Positions 47,744 through 56,523 of a stretch of 64,000 nt of DNA are shown piece after piece (position 1 is the stretch's first letter; each line of letters begins with the position of its first letter). The notes under the pieces were generated by a model. The model saw nothing but the letters and a program-made list of their open reading frames with translations. It made no database searches and was not told the DNA's origin. The stretch comes from Candidatus Woesearchaeota archaeon (GTDB lineage Archaea; Nanobdellota; Nanobdellia; Pacearchaeales; GW2011-AR1). Location of the stretch: contig CAZSGW010000003.1 in NCBI GenBank assembly GCA_964606775.1, positions 13,335-77,334 of the forward strand, read 5' to 3'. Made by a program: the position numbers and the translations under genes.

Positions 47744-48763
47744 TTATTTTAGTTCAAAAACTTTTACGTTTCCAAACCCTTTTACATTTTTTGTTCCCAG
47801 CTCTTTATATTTGAATCTATTTCCGGTTTTCTTTGTGTTTTCATCTACAAAAATTTGGTTTTTCCCTGCCAAATTTGTTAATCTGGAAGCTAAATTAACT
47901 TTTTTACCGATAACTGTGTAGTCCATTATTTGTTCATATCCTATGTTTCCTGCAACAACCCTTCCTGTAGCAATTCCAATTGAAACTCCACTTCCTTTTA
48001 TTTTGTATTTTTTTATAATTTTTTTACCTTTTTTTCTAATCTCTTTTGCTGTAGAGATTGCTTTGCTTGCGTGATTTTTTTGGGGCAGCGGGGTTCCGAA
48101 GACGACCATTATTGCATCCCCTATTAGTTTATCGATTGTTCCTCCTCGTTTTAGGACAACTTTTGCAATCTCTTTGAAATAGTGGTTCAAAAAATCTATT
48201 ACTTCTTCGGATTTTGAGTTGTTTACGTACTCTGTAAAACCATTTATGTCTGCGAATAAAACACTACAATTTTTTCTTTCACCTGCGACATATTTTTTGT
48301 CTGGATGTTTTAATATTTTTTTTAGAGTTTTTTCATCAACATACCTCTTGAAAATTGCTTTTAGACCCACTGAATCTGCTTCATGTTTAAATCTTCCATC
48401 TAAAATTGTTTCACTTGATTCGGCATATGCTAAATCTTCTTTCGTGAATTTTTTACCAAATAAATAGATTAATCCAAATTTTTTATCTTTTAAGAGAATT
48501 GGTACTGCTAATTCATTTCTTTTTAAAATTGATTTTGATTTTGTGAATGCTTTTTTTACAAGTTTTAATTTTATTCTTCCTTCTTTAGATAAAATTTTTA
48601 ATTTGCTTTCTATGAAGTCATAAATAAAGAGAGTCCCTCCTTTAGCACCTGTTTCTTTTATAATTTCATTTAATATTTTTTTAGAAGCCTTTCTAATCTC
48701 AGGATATAAATCTACTATCTCATCGGTTTTTTTAAGAACCCTTAAGTTAGTCTCACAATCCAT
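47744..48763 (-). CDS. class III adenylate/guanylate cyclase with N-terminal GAF-like sensor domain
   Basis: 339 aa. C-terminal CSVLFADINGFTE...LIGDAIMVVFG...GIATGRVVAGNIG...TVIGKKVNLASRL are the canonical cyclase-homology-domain motifs, with the metal-binding Asp residues present. Confidence 0.8.
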   Translation of the reverse strand: MDCETNLRVLKKTDEIVDLYPEIRKASKKILNEIIKETGAKGGTLFIYDFIESKLKILSKEGRIKLKLVKKAFTKSKSILKRNELAVPILLKDKKFGLIYLFGKKFTKEDLAYAESSETILDGRFKHEADSVGLKAIFKRYVDEKTLKKILKHPDKKYVAGERKNCSVLFADINGFTEYVNNSKSEEVIDFLNHYFKEIAKVVLKRGGTIDKLIGDAIMVVFGTPLPQKNHASKAISTAKEIRKKGKKIIKKYKIKGSGVSIGIATGRVVAGNIGYEQIMDYTVIGKKVNLASRLTNLAGKNQIFVDENTKKTGNRFKYKELGTKNVKGFGNVKVFELK

Positions 48764-48838
48764 ATTGCATTAATGCATTGAAGCTATTTAAAATTTAGCA
48801 TAAGTAACCTTTTTTAATGCATTTTCATTAGGTATAAA

Positions 48839-50356
48839 ATGGATATGAAGAAGCTAATTGAATCTTTGAGTCCCAATGAGAGAAAAGTAATTCCTCATCT
48901 GGAAGAAAAAATAGAAGATATTTGTAAAAAGACGAATTTGGATAAGACTTCTGTATTGAGGTCGTTGGAATATTTGCAGAATAAGGGGATTGTGAAATTA
49001 AAAAGTAAGAAAATAAAAACAATCGAAATTGGTGTTAATGGAGCACTTTATAAGAAAAAAGGTCTTCCTGAACGAAGGTTGCTTAATTTACTTGATAATA
49101 AGAAAATTTTGCAGTTTAATGAAGCAAAAAAGGAAAGTTATTTATCTGATGATGAATTTAAAGTTGCTCTGGGAGTTCTAAAGAAAAAGGCATTAATTGA
49201 AATAAATAATGGAAAAATTTCGCTGAATGCTAATAGGGAAGAGATTGCAAAAAAAACTCTTGAAGAATCGTTTATTGATTTACTTCCGTTAAAGTATGAT
49301 TTACTGGAGCCTGAGCAATTATTTGCTTTAAAGAATTTACAAAAGAGAAAAGAGATTGTTGAAATAAAAGAAAAAAATAAGGTTGATATAAATCTGACTG
49401 ATCTTGGAAAGAAATTGATGAAGTCCTCATTGTCTAAACAAGATTTAATTGAGGAATTGACTCCTGAGCTTTTGAGGAAGGAAGCTTGGAAGGGTAAGAA
49501 GTTTCGAAGATACGATGTGCTTTCACCAGTTCCGGAAATTAAGGGAGGAAAGAGACATTTTGTTAACCAGGCTTTGGATTATGTTAGAAAAATTTGGGTT
49601 GAATTAGGATTTCAAGAAATGAAAGGAGAGATGGTTCAGAATTCTTTTTGGGTATTTGATTCTTTATTTACTCCTCAAGACCATCCTGCAAGAGAATTGC
49701 AAGACACTTTTTTTATCGATGACAAAATAGAAATTAAAGATAAGAAATTGTTGAGTGCTATAAAAGAAACTCATGAGAAAGGAATTTCTGGAAGTAAGGG
49801 ATGGAGATATAAATGGGATGAAGGAGAGGCGAAAAAAGCTTTGTTGAGGACGCACACGACTTGTTTGTCTGCTCAAAAATTATATGAATTAGGGAAATTA
49901 CCTTTGGAAAAACGTAAAGGGAAATTTTTTGCATTAGATAAAAATTTTAGAAATGAAACGGTTGATTGGTGTCACGGATTTGAGTTCTATCAAACGGAAG
50001 GGATTGTTGTAGACGAGGATGTTAATTTTAGGCATTTGTTAGGTTATTTGAAACAATTCTATAATAAGATGGGGTTCGAAAAAATAAGATTTAGCCCGGC
50101 TTATTTTCCTTACACAGAACCTTCTGTTGAAATTCATGCATATCATCCAGAGAAGAAAGTTTGGTTGGAATTGGGAGGGGCTGGAATTCTTCGTCCAGAA
50201 ATAACTACTCCTTTACTTGGAAAAGATATTCCTGTTCTTGCATGGGGTCAGGGAGTTGATAGAATAATTATGGATTATTACAAAATAAAAGATTTGAGAG
50301 AACTTTATAAAAATGATATTAAACAATTAAGAGAAATGAGGTATTGGATGAAATGA
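48839..50356 (+). CDS. pheS: phenylalanine--tRNA ligase alpha subunit (archaeal)
   Basis: 505 aa. N-terminal wHTH repeats and a C-terminal class II core with motifs 2 and 3 (FRNETVDWCHGFEF, GAGILRPE). Confidence 0.9.
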   Translation: MDMKKLIESLSPNERKVIPHLEEKIEDICKKTNLDKTSVLRSLEYLQNKGIVKLKSKKIKTIEIGVNGALYKKKGLPERRLLNLLDNKKILQFNEAKKESYLSDDEFKVALGVLKKKALIEINNGKISLNANREEIAKKTLEESFIDLLPLKYDLLEPEQLFALKNLQKRKEIVEIKEKNKVDINLTDLGKKLMKSSLSKQDLIEELTPELLRKEAWKGKKFRRYDVLSPVPEIKGGKRHFVNQALDYVRKIWVELGFQEMKGEMVQNSFWVFDSLFTPQDHPARELQDTFFIDDKIEIKDKKLLSAIKETHEKGISGSKGWRYKWDEGEAKKALLRTHTTCLSAQKLYELGKLPLEKRKGKFFALDKNFRNETVDWCHGFEFYQTEGIVVDEDVNFRHLLGYLKQFYNKMGFEKIRFSPAYFPYTEPSVEIHAYHPEKKVWLELGGAGILRPEITTPLLGKDIPVLAWGQGVDRIIMDYYKIKDLRELYKNDIKQLREMRYWMK

Positions 50357-51978
50357 GTAATGTAAAATTTTCAAAAAAGGTTTTTGAAAAAGATATTGGG
50401 AAATTAACAGATGAGATGCAACAAAAAATCGCCCTGTTTGGAACTCCTGTTGAATCCCTCACGGAAAATGAAATTGAGTTAGAGATATTTCCGGATAGAC
50501 CTGATTTATTAAGCTACCAGGGATTTAAGAGAAGTTTTCTGGCTTTTTTGGGGAAAAAAGTTGGATTAAAGAAATATAAAATAAATAGCCCTGGGAAGAA
50601 TTACAAATTGGAAATAGATTCCTCTGTTAAAAATGTGCGACCTTATACCCAGTGTGCTATAATAAAAGGGTTGAAATTGGATGACGATAAAATAAAGGAT
50701 ATAGTCGAGATGCAAGAAAAACTTCATACTACTCTTGGAAGGAGGAGAAAAAAATTGGCTATAGGTATTTATCCTTTGGAAAAAATTAAACTCCCTATAT
50801 CTTATAAGGCTCTTGAACCAGATAAAATCAAATTTGTTCCCTTGGAAATGGATCGGGAAATGTCCGGATTACAAATTCTTCAGAGACACCCTACTGGAAG
50901 AGATTATGCTGATTTGTTGGCAGGGAAGTCCAAGTTTCCGGTATTTATTGATGCAGCTAAAAAAATTTTGAGCATGCCTCCAATAATTAATTCTAATGAA
51001 ACAGGAAAAGTTACTGAGAAAACTAAGGAGATTTTTGTTGAATGTTCAGGTTTTGATATGGATGTTTTGGAGAAAGCTTTGAATATAATTGTAACTACTT
51101 TTGCTGAAATGGGTGGAAAAATTTATACTATGCAATTAAAGGGTTTAAAAAATACTCCTAGTTTGAAGACGGAAAAAATGAAAATTTCTTTAGATAAGGT
51201 GAATAAACTTTTAGGATTAAAATTAACTGAAAAAGATTTGAAAGTTAATTTAGAAAAAATGGGACACAAATATTTGAATGGTGTTGTTGAGATTGCTCCT
51301 TGGAGAGTTGATATTTTACATGAGGTTGATTTGATTGAAGATGTTGCTATTGCGTATGGGTATGAAAATTTTGAGTCTGAGATTCCCGAGATTGCAACTA
51401 TTGGTGAGGAAGATAGGAAAGAATCTGTTAAGAGAAAAATTGCAGAGATTCTTACTGGAATAAATATGTTGGAAGTTTCTAATTATCATTTAACAACCAA
51501 GAAGGATCAATTTATGAAAATGGGCGTTCCCGAGAAACAAAAAAAGGATTTTGTCGGATTGAGAGAGTCTAAGACTGATAAAGATATTTTGAGGAAGGAT
51601 TTGATTCATTATTTGGTAAAGATAATCTCTGAAAATAATGATGTTGAATATCCCCAGAAAATTTTTGAAATTGGGAAAGTCTTTGGAGAATATGGAGAAA
51701 AGGAAAAGTTGTCTTGTGCTATAATTCCTGGAAATTTTACTGATATAAAACAAGTTTTATTATATTTTGAGAAAATGGCAGGCTTAAAGTTTGAGTTTGC
51801 TGGATGCGAGAATGTTCCCAGTCATTTTATTGATGGGAGAGTTGCAGAGATAAAAATTGGAGAGTGTGTTATAGGGCATCTGGGTGAAGTTCATCCTAAG
51901 GTTTTGAAGAATTGGAAAATCAAAATGCCTGTTGCAGTTTTTGAGATTTGTTTAGAGAAAATTTTTGAGAAATTTTAG
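50344..51978 (+). CDS. pheT: phenylalanine--tRNA ligase beta subunit (archaeal)
   Basis: 544 aa. B3/B4 and B5 domains. Overlaps pheS by 13 bp in the typical operon arrangement. Confidence 0.9.
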   Translation: MDEMSNVKFSKKVFEKDIGKLTDEMQQKIALFGTPVESLTENEIELEIFPDRPDLLSYQGFKRSFLAFLGKKVGLKKYKINSPGKNYKLEIDSSVKNVRPYTQCAIIKGLKLDDDKIKDIVEMQEKLHTTLGRRRKKLAIGIYPLEKIKLPISYKALEPDKIKFVPLEMDREMSGLQILQRHPTGRDYADLLAGKSKFPVFIDAAKKILSMPPIINSNETGKVTEKTKEIFVECSGFDMDVLEKALNIIVTTFAEMGGKIYTMQLKGLKNTPSLKTEKMKISLDKVNKLLGLKLTEKDLKVNLEKMGHKYLNGVVEIAPWRVDILHEVDLIEDVAIAYGYENFESEIPEIATIGEEDRKESVKRKIAEILTGINMLEVSNYHLTTKKDQFMKMGVPEKQKKDFVGLRESKTDKDILRKDLIHYLVKIISENNDVEYPQKIFEIGKVFGEYGEKEKLSCAIIPGNFTDIKQVLLYFEKMAGLKFEFAGCENVPSHFIDGRVAEIKIGECVIGHLGEVHPKVLKNWKIKMPVAVFEICLEKIFEKF

Positions 51979-52451
51979 CCAAAATAGTTTCTTTTACTTT
52001 TTTCTGTTTTTATGTCCATCTTTTTTTCTACGTTTTCTACAACTTTTACAAATTCAGTTTTAATATTGTTCCATAGTTCTAGAGAATTTTTAATGAATTC
52101 CGCCTCTTGCTTTTCATCATAAATTATTAATTTCATCGATTCTATTTCGAATTTAGTTATTTTGGAGTGGATTTCTTGGAAAGTTTTTTTCTCTTCTTCT
52201 GAAAGGCATTTTATGAAAGAATATAAGAACAGGGGAGCATTAACAGGATTTAAAATTAATTCAACAAATGAGATGAAATTTTCCATCGTTTCTGAAATTA
52301 TCTTTCTTATATTTCTTAGTAGAAAGTCTGTTTCGTTTTTGGATAGTTTTTCTATTCCGAACTCCTTATTTAAGTCATTGAATTCTGGAAGTTCATATTT
52401 TTTTTGAATTTCTGAATAATTTTGTTTTAATTTTTTGAGATTACTTTCCAT
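51975..52451 (-). CDS. hypothetical protein
   Basis: 158-aa helical ORF. Confidence 0.4.
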   Translation of the reverse strand: MESNLKKLKQNYSEIQKKYELPEFNDLNKEFGIEKLSKNETDFLLRNIRKIISETMENFISFVELILNPVNAPLFLYSFIKCLSEEEKKTFQEIHSKITKFEIESMKLIIYDEKQEAEFIKNSLELWNNIKTEFVKVVENVEKKMDIKTEKSKRNYFG

Positions 52452-52503
52452 TTCAAAACCAGAGGAAAAGGATTTATAAAATTATGTCATCTTGAAAAAG
52501 AAG

Positions 52504-52577
52504 GTCTGTGTAGCTCAGTTGGTTAGAGCACTGCATTGGTAATGCAGAGGTCCCGAGTTCGAGCCTCGGCACAGGCT
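52504..52577 (+). tRNA. tRNA-Thr(GGU): tRNA-Thr (anticodon GGU)
   Basis: Acceptor GUCUGUG/CACAGGC, D-arm GCUC-AGUUGGUUA-GAGC, anticodon stem CUGCA/UGCAG with loop UUGGUAA, T-arm CCGAG-UUCGAGC-CUCGG. Confidence 0.85.
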
Positions 52578-52645
52578 TAATCTGTTTTTGAAAATTGTTT
52601 GTTGAAGAATTTTGTAAAAGAAAAGAGGCTTGGACGAGTAGAGTG

Positions 52646-52670
52646 AGAGCCTCGGCACAGGCTTATTTTT
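52646..52670 (+). repeat. duplicated 3' end of tRNA-Thr (19-bp direct repeat of 52561-52579) followed by T6; att-like scar or terminator hairpin
   Basis: GAGCCTCGGCACAGGCTTA occurs at 52561-52579 and again at 52646-52664. The second copy can fold AGCCU-CGGCAC-AGGCU and is followed by TTTTTT. Confidence 0.45.
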
Positions 52671-53001
52671 TAGATTTTTTTAAAAATAAAAAGATTAGGA
52701 GTGTTAATAAGAATGTAACACTTATTGCTCCCAAAATTATTGATAGGAACATGAATAGTTCTTGGTAAGTTTCTGCAACTGAATAAATCATATATGAGAC
52801 CAGAGTTAAAATTGCAAAGAAAATTAGATTGCTCAGAACAAATTTGAATTTCTTTTTTGTATATCCTTTTCGAGTTGTTTTTTTATTTTGAGATTTTTTC
52901 TTAGTAGTTTTCTTTTTTGTTGTTTTTTTCTTTACTGCTTTCTTTTTAGAAGTATTTTTTTTTACAGCAGTCTTTTTCTTCACACTCTTTTTCTTTGCCA
53001 T
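52663..53001 (-). CDS. Lys-rich N-terminal / C-terminal TM protein
   Basis: 112 aa. Begins MAKKKSVKKKTAVKK..., sharing its first 10 residues with the 44077 ORF, then a C-terminal TM region. Confidence 0.45.
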   Translation of the reverse strand: MAKKKSVKKKTAVKKNTSKKKAVKKKTTKKKTTKKKSQNKKTTRKGYTKKKFKFVLSNLIFFAILTLVSYMIYSVAETYQELFMFLSIILGAISVTFLLTLLIFLFLKKSKK

Positions 53002-53033
53002 TATTATATTATATTCAATTTACTTTATAAATA

Positions 53034-53348
53034 TTACGAATAATCTTCTTTTGTGGAGTTTTTTGTGTTCCAGTTCATGTTTATTGCGTTCGCTGTTATT
53101 GTCTTCACATTATTGAATGCGTTTCCTAGCCAAGCTATATATAATCCCCCTGCTTCTTTAATTCCGTCGATTGAGGTGAAATTTATTTCTTTTCCTTTAA
53201 TTGAAGATGCGAAGCCAAAGTAAGTAAATAGAATTAAGCCGATTAATATGAATGCAAAAATTTTATGGTTGAATCTCTTAAATTCTACTATTAACCAAAT
53301 TGCAATAACTAAAATGCAGACGACCAATAATGTAACCCCTAATGCCAT
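53034..53348 (-). CDS. small membrane protein
   Basis: Start trimmed to MALGVTLLVV at 53348, because the track ORF ran into tRNA-Glu. Three hydrophobic helices. Confidence 0.4.
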   Translation of the reverse strand: MALGVTLLVVCILVIAIWLIVEFKRFNHKIFAFILIGLILFTYFGFASSIKGKEINFTSIDGIKEAGGLYIAWLGNAFNNVKTITANAINMNWNTKNSTKEDYS

Positions 53349-53384
53349 GTTATATATTGAGGTAAGAGAGGTATAAAAATATAA

Positions 53385-53457
53385 CGCCCCGACCGGGATT
53401 CGAACCCGGGTCACTGCCTTGAAAGGGCAGTATACTTGGCCTCTGTACTATCGGGGC
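53385..53457 (-). tRNA. tRNA-Glu(UUC): tRNA-Glu (anticodon UUC)
   Basis: Reverse complement GCCCCGAUAGUACAGAGGCCAAGUAUACUGCCCUUUCAAGGCAGUGACCCGGGUUCGAAUCCCGGUCGGGGCG folds as a canonical cloverleaf with anticodon loop CUUUCAA. Confidence 0.85.
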
Positions 53458-53544
53458 TTAATTGTTAAAGAAGAATTTGCTTTTTAAAAGTAACTATGAC
53501 TTAATCTCGGAAAACTTTATAAAGATATTCTCCTTGTTTTTTTT

Positions 53545-53793
53545 ATGGTTAAAGAGACAGTTCATCACCACCACCACCATCATTCTGAAAAGAAAAAAGT
53601 TAATTGGGTTACTTGTTTAATTTTGTCTATTTTTCTTGGAGGTTTGGGAGTCGATAGGTTTGTTATGGGCCATGTAGGATTGGGTGTTCTTAAACTTCTT
53701 ACGCTTGGAGGGTGTGGAATCTGGGCATTAATAGATGTGATTTTAATCGCTACAAAACATGAGTTTCAAGGTGTTGAATGGGTAGAAAAATAA
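53545..53793 (+). CDS. TM2-domain protein with N-terminal His7 tract
   Basis: 82 aa. HHHHHHH at residues 7-13. GGLGVDRFVMGH...GGCGIWALIDVI matches the TM2 domain pattern. Confidence 0.65.
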   Translation: MVKETVHHHHHHHSEKKKVNWVTCLILSIFLGGLGVDRFVMGHVGLGVLKLLTLGGCGIWALIDVILIATKHEFQGVEWVEK

Positions 53794-54089
53794 AAAAATT
53801 TATTTCTAAATTATTGACTTTATCTTATCCGAGCAGGGTATTTGTTTTTTTAATTGTTTTAATTTTACTTGCAGTTCTACCTTTAAGTATTGTTGAGAAA
53901 ACTCATGATTTTTCAATTTGTTCTAAAATTTTTGGAGATTATTGTTATTCTGTTGGAATTACTCGAGGAATCTCTTGTTTACTAAAAGGGGATTTTCAGA
54001 AAGCAATCTCTTATAATTTTTTATCCATCTTTGTTTTGATAATTATCTTTATTTTAATTGTGAGGGATTTAATAAAATTAAAAAAATAG
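53778..54089 (+). CDS. small membrane protein (DUF2752-like CxxxG.TRG motif)
   Basis: 103 aa. TM helices flank CYSVGITRGISC. Confidence 0.35.
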   Translation: MGRKIKKFISKLLTLSYPSRVFVFLIVLILLAVLPLSIVEKTHDFSICSKIFGDYCYSVGITRGISCLLKGDFQKAISYNFLSIFVLIIIFILIVRDLIKLKK

Positions 54090-54353
54090 TTTGGTTTTTT
54101 GAAAATTTTATATGTTACGATTATTGTTAAAACTATTAAAGTAATCCATATTAAGATTGGAACTAAAATTAAAAATGTCCGCTCTCGGGAATTCTCTTAA
54201 CTAAAGAATAATTTCCTCGTTATTTATTGAAATCTACGCCAACTAAGAGCATTGTATTTCAAATACTGGAAAGAAGATTATTGCGAGTATTATAGATGTT
54301 CTTCGGGAATATTCATTACGTTGTTGCTGTAATTTTTTATTTATAAATTTTAG

Positions 54354-54566
54354 TTAAATGCTTAGAATCGCGTATACATTTTTTATTATGAAGAATGTCA
54401 TGAGTATTAGTGCTCCCCAGACCATTGCTTTTGGAGTAATCCATTTTGTCAATTTGAATTTTTGAAAGAAGCCACTTAAAACTGCTATGCAAAGTACAAG
54501 AATTATTGATTGGAAGATTATCTTTCCTGGAAGTTGTTCTTTTGGAACGTTTAAGATATTTATCAT
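54354..54566 (-). CDS. small membrane protein (hypothetical)
   Basis: 70 aa with two TM helices. Confidence 0.3.
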   Translation of the reverse strand: MINILNVPKEQLPGKIIFQSIILVLCIAVLSGFFQKFKLTKWITPKAMVWGALILMTFFIIKNVYAILSI

Positions 54567-54607
54567 TTTACCTCTTAGTATTTTAGTTTTTGTTTTTTAT
54601 AAAGGTT

Positions 54608-54736
54608 ATGAGCCTGCACGGATTTGAACCGTGGGCCTCTGGCTTTCTTAGACTCAGAGTCTATGAAATCAACAATCCGAAGCAGAGGATCGCAGTCATA
54701 TAAGACCAGCGCTCTGACCAGACTGAGCTACAGGCT
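54608..54736 (-). tRNA. tRNA-Ile(UAU): tRNA-Ile (anticodon UAU) with 54-nt intron at 37/38
   Basis: Minus-strand exons: GAGCCUGUAGCUCAGUCUGGUCAGAGCGCUGGUCUUAUA, intron, then AGCCAGAGGCCCACGGUUCAAAUCCGUGCAGGCUCA. Anticodon stem CUGGU/GCCAG, loop C-U-UAU-A. Intron approx 54644-54697. Confidence 0.7.
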
Positions 54737-54789
54737 CATGTAGAAAATTGTCTAATAAGATATTTAAAGGTTTTTGAGGTGGGATTATT

Positions 54790-56013
54790 ATGTTATTGGG
54801 ACTTGTAGGAAAGCCGTCGGTAGGAAAGTCAACTTTTTTTAAAGCTGCAACTTTGGCGGAAGTTGAAATAGCTTCGTATGCCTTTACTACAATTAAGGCA
54901 AATCATGGAGTTGGTTATGTAAAAGTTGATTGTATAGACAAAGAATTTAATACTCAATGCAATCCCTCGAAAGGATTTTGTATAAATCATAATCGTTTTG
55001 TTCCTGTTGAATTGATGGATGTTGCGGGTTTAGTTCCTGGTGCTTCAGAAGGAAAAGGATTGGGAAATCAATTCTTGGACGATTTGAGAGAAGCGGATGT
55101 TTTTGTGCAAATTGTGGATTGTTCTGGAACGACAAATGCCGAAGGTAAATTGTTGGAAGAGGGGGAGGCTTATGAAGTTCATGAAGATGTTGTTTTCTTG
55201 GAGAATGAATTAGATACTTGGTATTATAATATTTTGATGAAGGTTTGGAATACCTTTGCACGTAAAGTTGAAATGGAAGGAAGTAAATTTTCTGAGGCAG
55301 TTGTTAAACAATTTTCTGGATTAAAGGTTAATGAAAATCACGTTAAAGATGTTTTATTAAAATTGAATCTTCCTGAGAAACCTACTTCTTGGAGTAATGA
55401 ACAGGTTAGAAGTTTTGCTTCTTGGTTGAGAAAAATTTCAAAGCCGATGATTATAGCTGCGAATAAGATTGATTCTGATAAGGGAGAGGAGAATTATAAT
55501 AAGTTGAAAGAAATGTTTAAGGATTATTTGGTTGTTCCGTGTTCTGCTGATTCTGAATTAGCTCTTAGACAGGCTACCAAGTCCGGTTTGATTGAGTATG
55601 TTCCAGGTGAAAGAGATTTTAAGATTTTGGCACCTCAAGGTGTACCCTCTAAAGAAGGCAAAGATTTGGGAGAAAAACAGAAAGAAGCTTTGAATAAGAT
55701 TAAAGAAAAGGTTTTAGATAAATTTGAGTTTGGGACGGGAGTTCAGAAAGTTTTGAATGCTGCGGTGTTTGATATTTTGGATTATGTTGCTGTTTTTCCC
55801 GCTTCTGCAAATAAACTGGGAGATAGCAAAGGGAATATTTTACCTGATTGTTTCTTGTTGCCTAATGGTTCAACAGCTTTAGATTTTGCTTATTATTTGC
55901 ATACTGATTTTGGGAAGAATTTTATTAAAGCTATTAATGCAAGAAGTAAGATGGCTTTGGGTAAAGATTATGTTTTGAAACATAGGGATGCTTTAGAGAT
56001 TATTACTCGTTAG
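54790..56013 (+). CDS. ychF: Obg-family ATPase YchF/OLA1-like with C-terminal TGS domain
   Basis: 407 aa. G1 GLVGKPSVGKSTFF, then VPVELMDVAGLVPGASEGKGLGNQFL, closely matching YchF, plus a TGS-like C-terminus. Confidence 0.7.
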   Translation: MLLGLVGKPSVGKSTFFKAATLAEVEIASYAFTTIKANHGVGYVKVDCIDKEFNTQCNPSKGFCINHNRFVPVELMDVAGLVPGASEGKGLGNQFLDDLREADVFVQIVDCSGTTNAEGKLLEEGEAYEVHEDVVFLENELDTWYYNILMKVWNTFARKVEMEGSKFSEAVVKQFSGLKVNENHVKDVLLKLNLPEKPTSWSNEQVRSFASWLRKISKPMIIAANKIDSDKGEENYNKLKEMFKDYLVVPCSADSELALRQATKSGLIEYVPGERDFKILAPQGVPSKEGKDLGEKQKEALNKIKEKVLDKFEFGTGVQKVLNAAVFDILDYVAVFPASANKLGDSKGNILPDCFLLPNGSTALDFAYYLHTDFGKNFIKAINARSKMALGKDYVLKHRDALEIITR

Positions 56014-56043
56014 ATTTAATAATTCTTAATTCTTTTACTGAAG

Positions 56044-56493
56044 ATGAATGAAGTGGTGAAGCTTGCAAAGAAATTGGAAAAATTTTTGAAGCCGTATTGT
56101 AAAAAGATTAAGCTTGCAGGAAGTATTCGTAGAAAAGTTGAAAATCCTTTGGATATTGATTTTGTTTTAATTCCCAAGGACAAAGAAAAATTGGAAGATT
56201 TTTTGAAAACAAAAGGCAGGAGACTTGAGGGCGGAGAACATGAGTCAACTTGGAAAATTGAAGGAGTTAAAGTTGAATTATATTATACAATTCCTGAAGA
56301 ATGGGGTGCTGCTTTGTTAGCTTATTCTTCTGAAAAAGGGGCTGCCATTGGATTAAGAAAAATTGCAAAGGAAAAAGGATTTCATTTAACAAATCATGGA
56401 TTGTTTAAAGGGAAGAAAAGAATTGCTGGAAAAACCGAAAAAGAAATTTATTCTGCTCTGGGAAGGACGTATAAGAGACCGGAAGATAGGTAG
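56044..56493 (+). CDS. minimal Pol-beta/Pol X-like nucleotidyltransferase (149 aa)
   Basis: GSIRRKVENPLDIDFVL (GS...DxD palm motif) and a C-terminal KTEKEIYSALGRTYKRPEDR resembling the Pol X C-terminus (TEEDIF..LGLPYIPPELR). Confidence 0.5.
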   Translation: MNEVVKLAKKLEKFLKPYCKKIKLAGSIRRKVENPLDIDFVLIPKDKEKLEDFLKTKGRRLEGGEHESTWKIEGVKVELYYTIPEEWGAALLAYSSEKGAAIGLRKIAKEKGFHLTNHGLFKGKKRIAGKTEKEIYSALGRTYKRPEDR

Positions 56494-56523
56494 TTTTAAA
56501 AAAGAATTTTAATTGATGTTGCA

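Noticed and set aside
52578-52672. Split-tRNA 3' half gene, as in Nanoarchaeum, at the duplicated tRNA-Thr end.
   Set aside because: The duplicate covers only about 22 nt (T-arm 3' strand plus acceptor strand), too short for a tRNA half. The full tRNA-Thr upstream is intact.
53349-53414. 5' extension of the 53034 membrane-protein ORF into tRNA-Glu(UUC).
   Set aside because: The track ORF reads through the tRNA on the same strand. It was trimmed to the internal Met at 53348.
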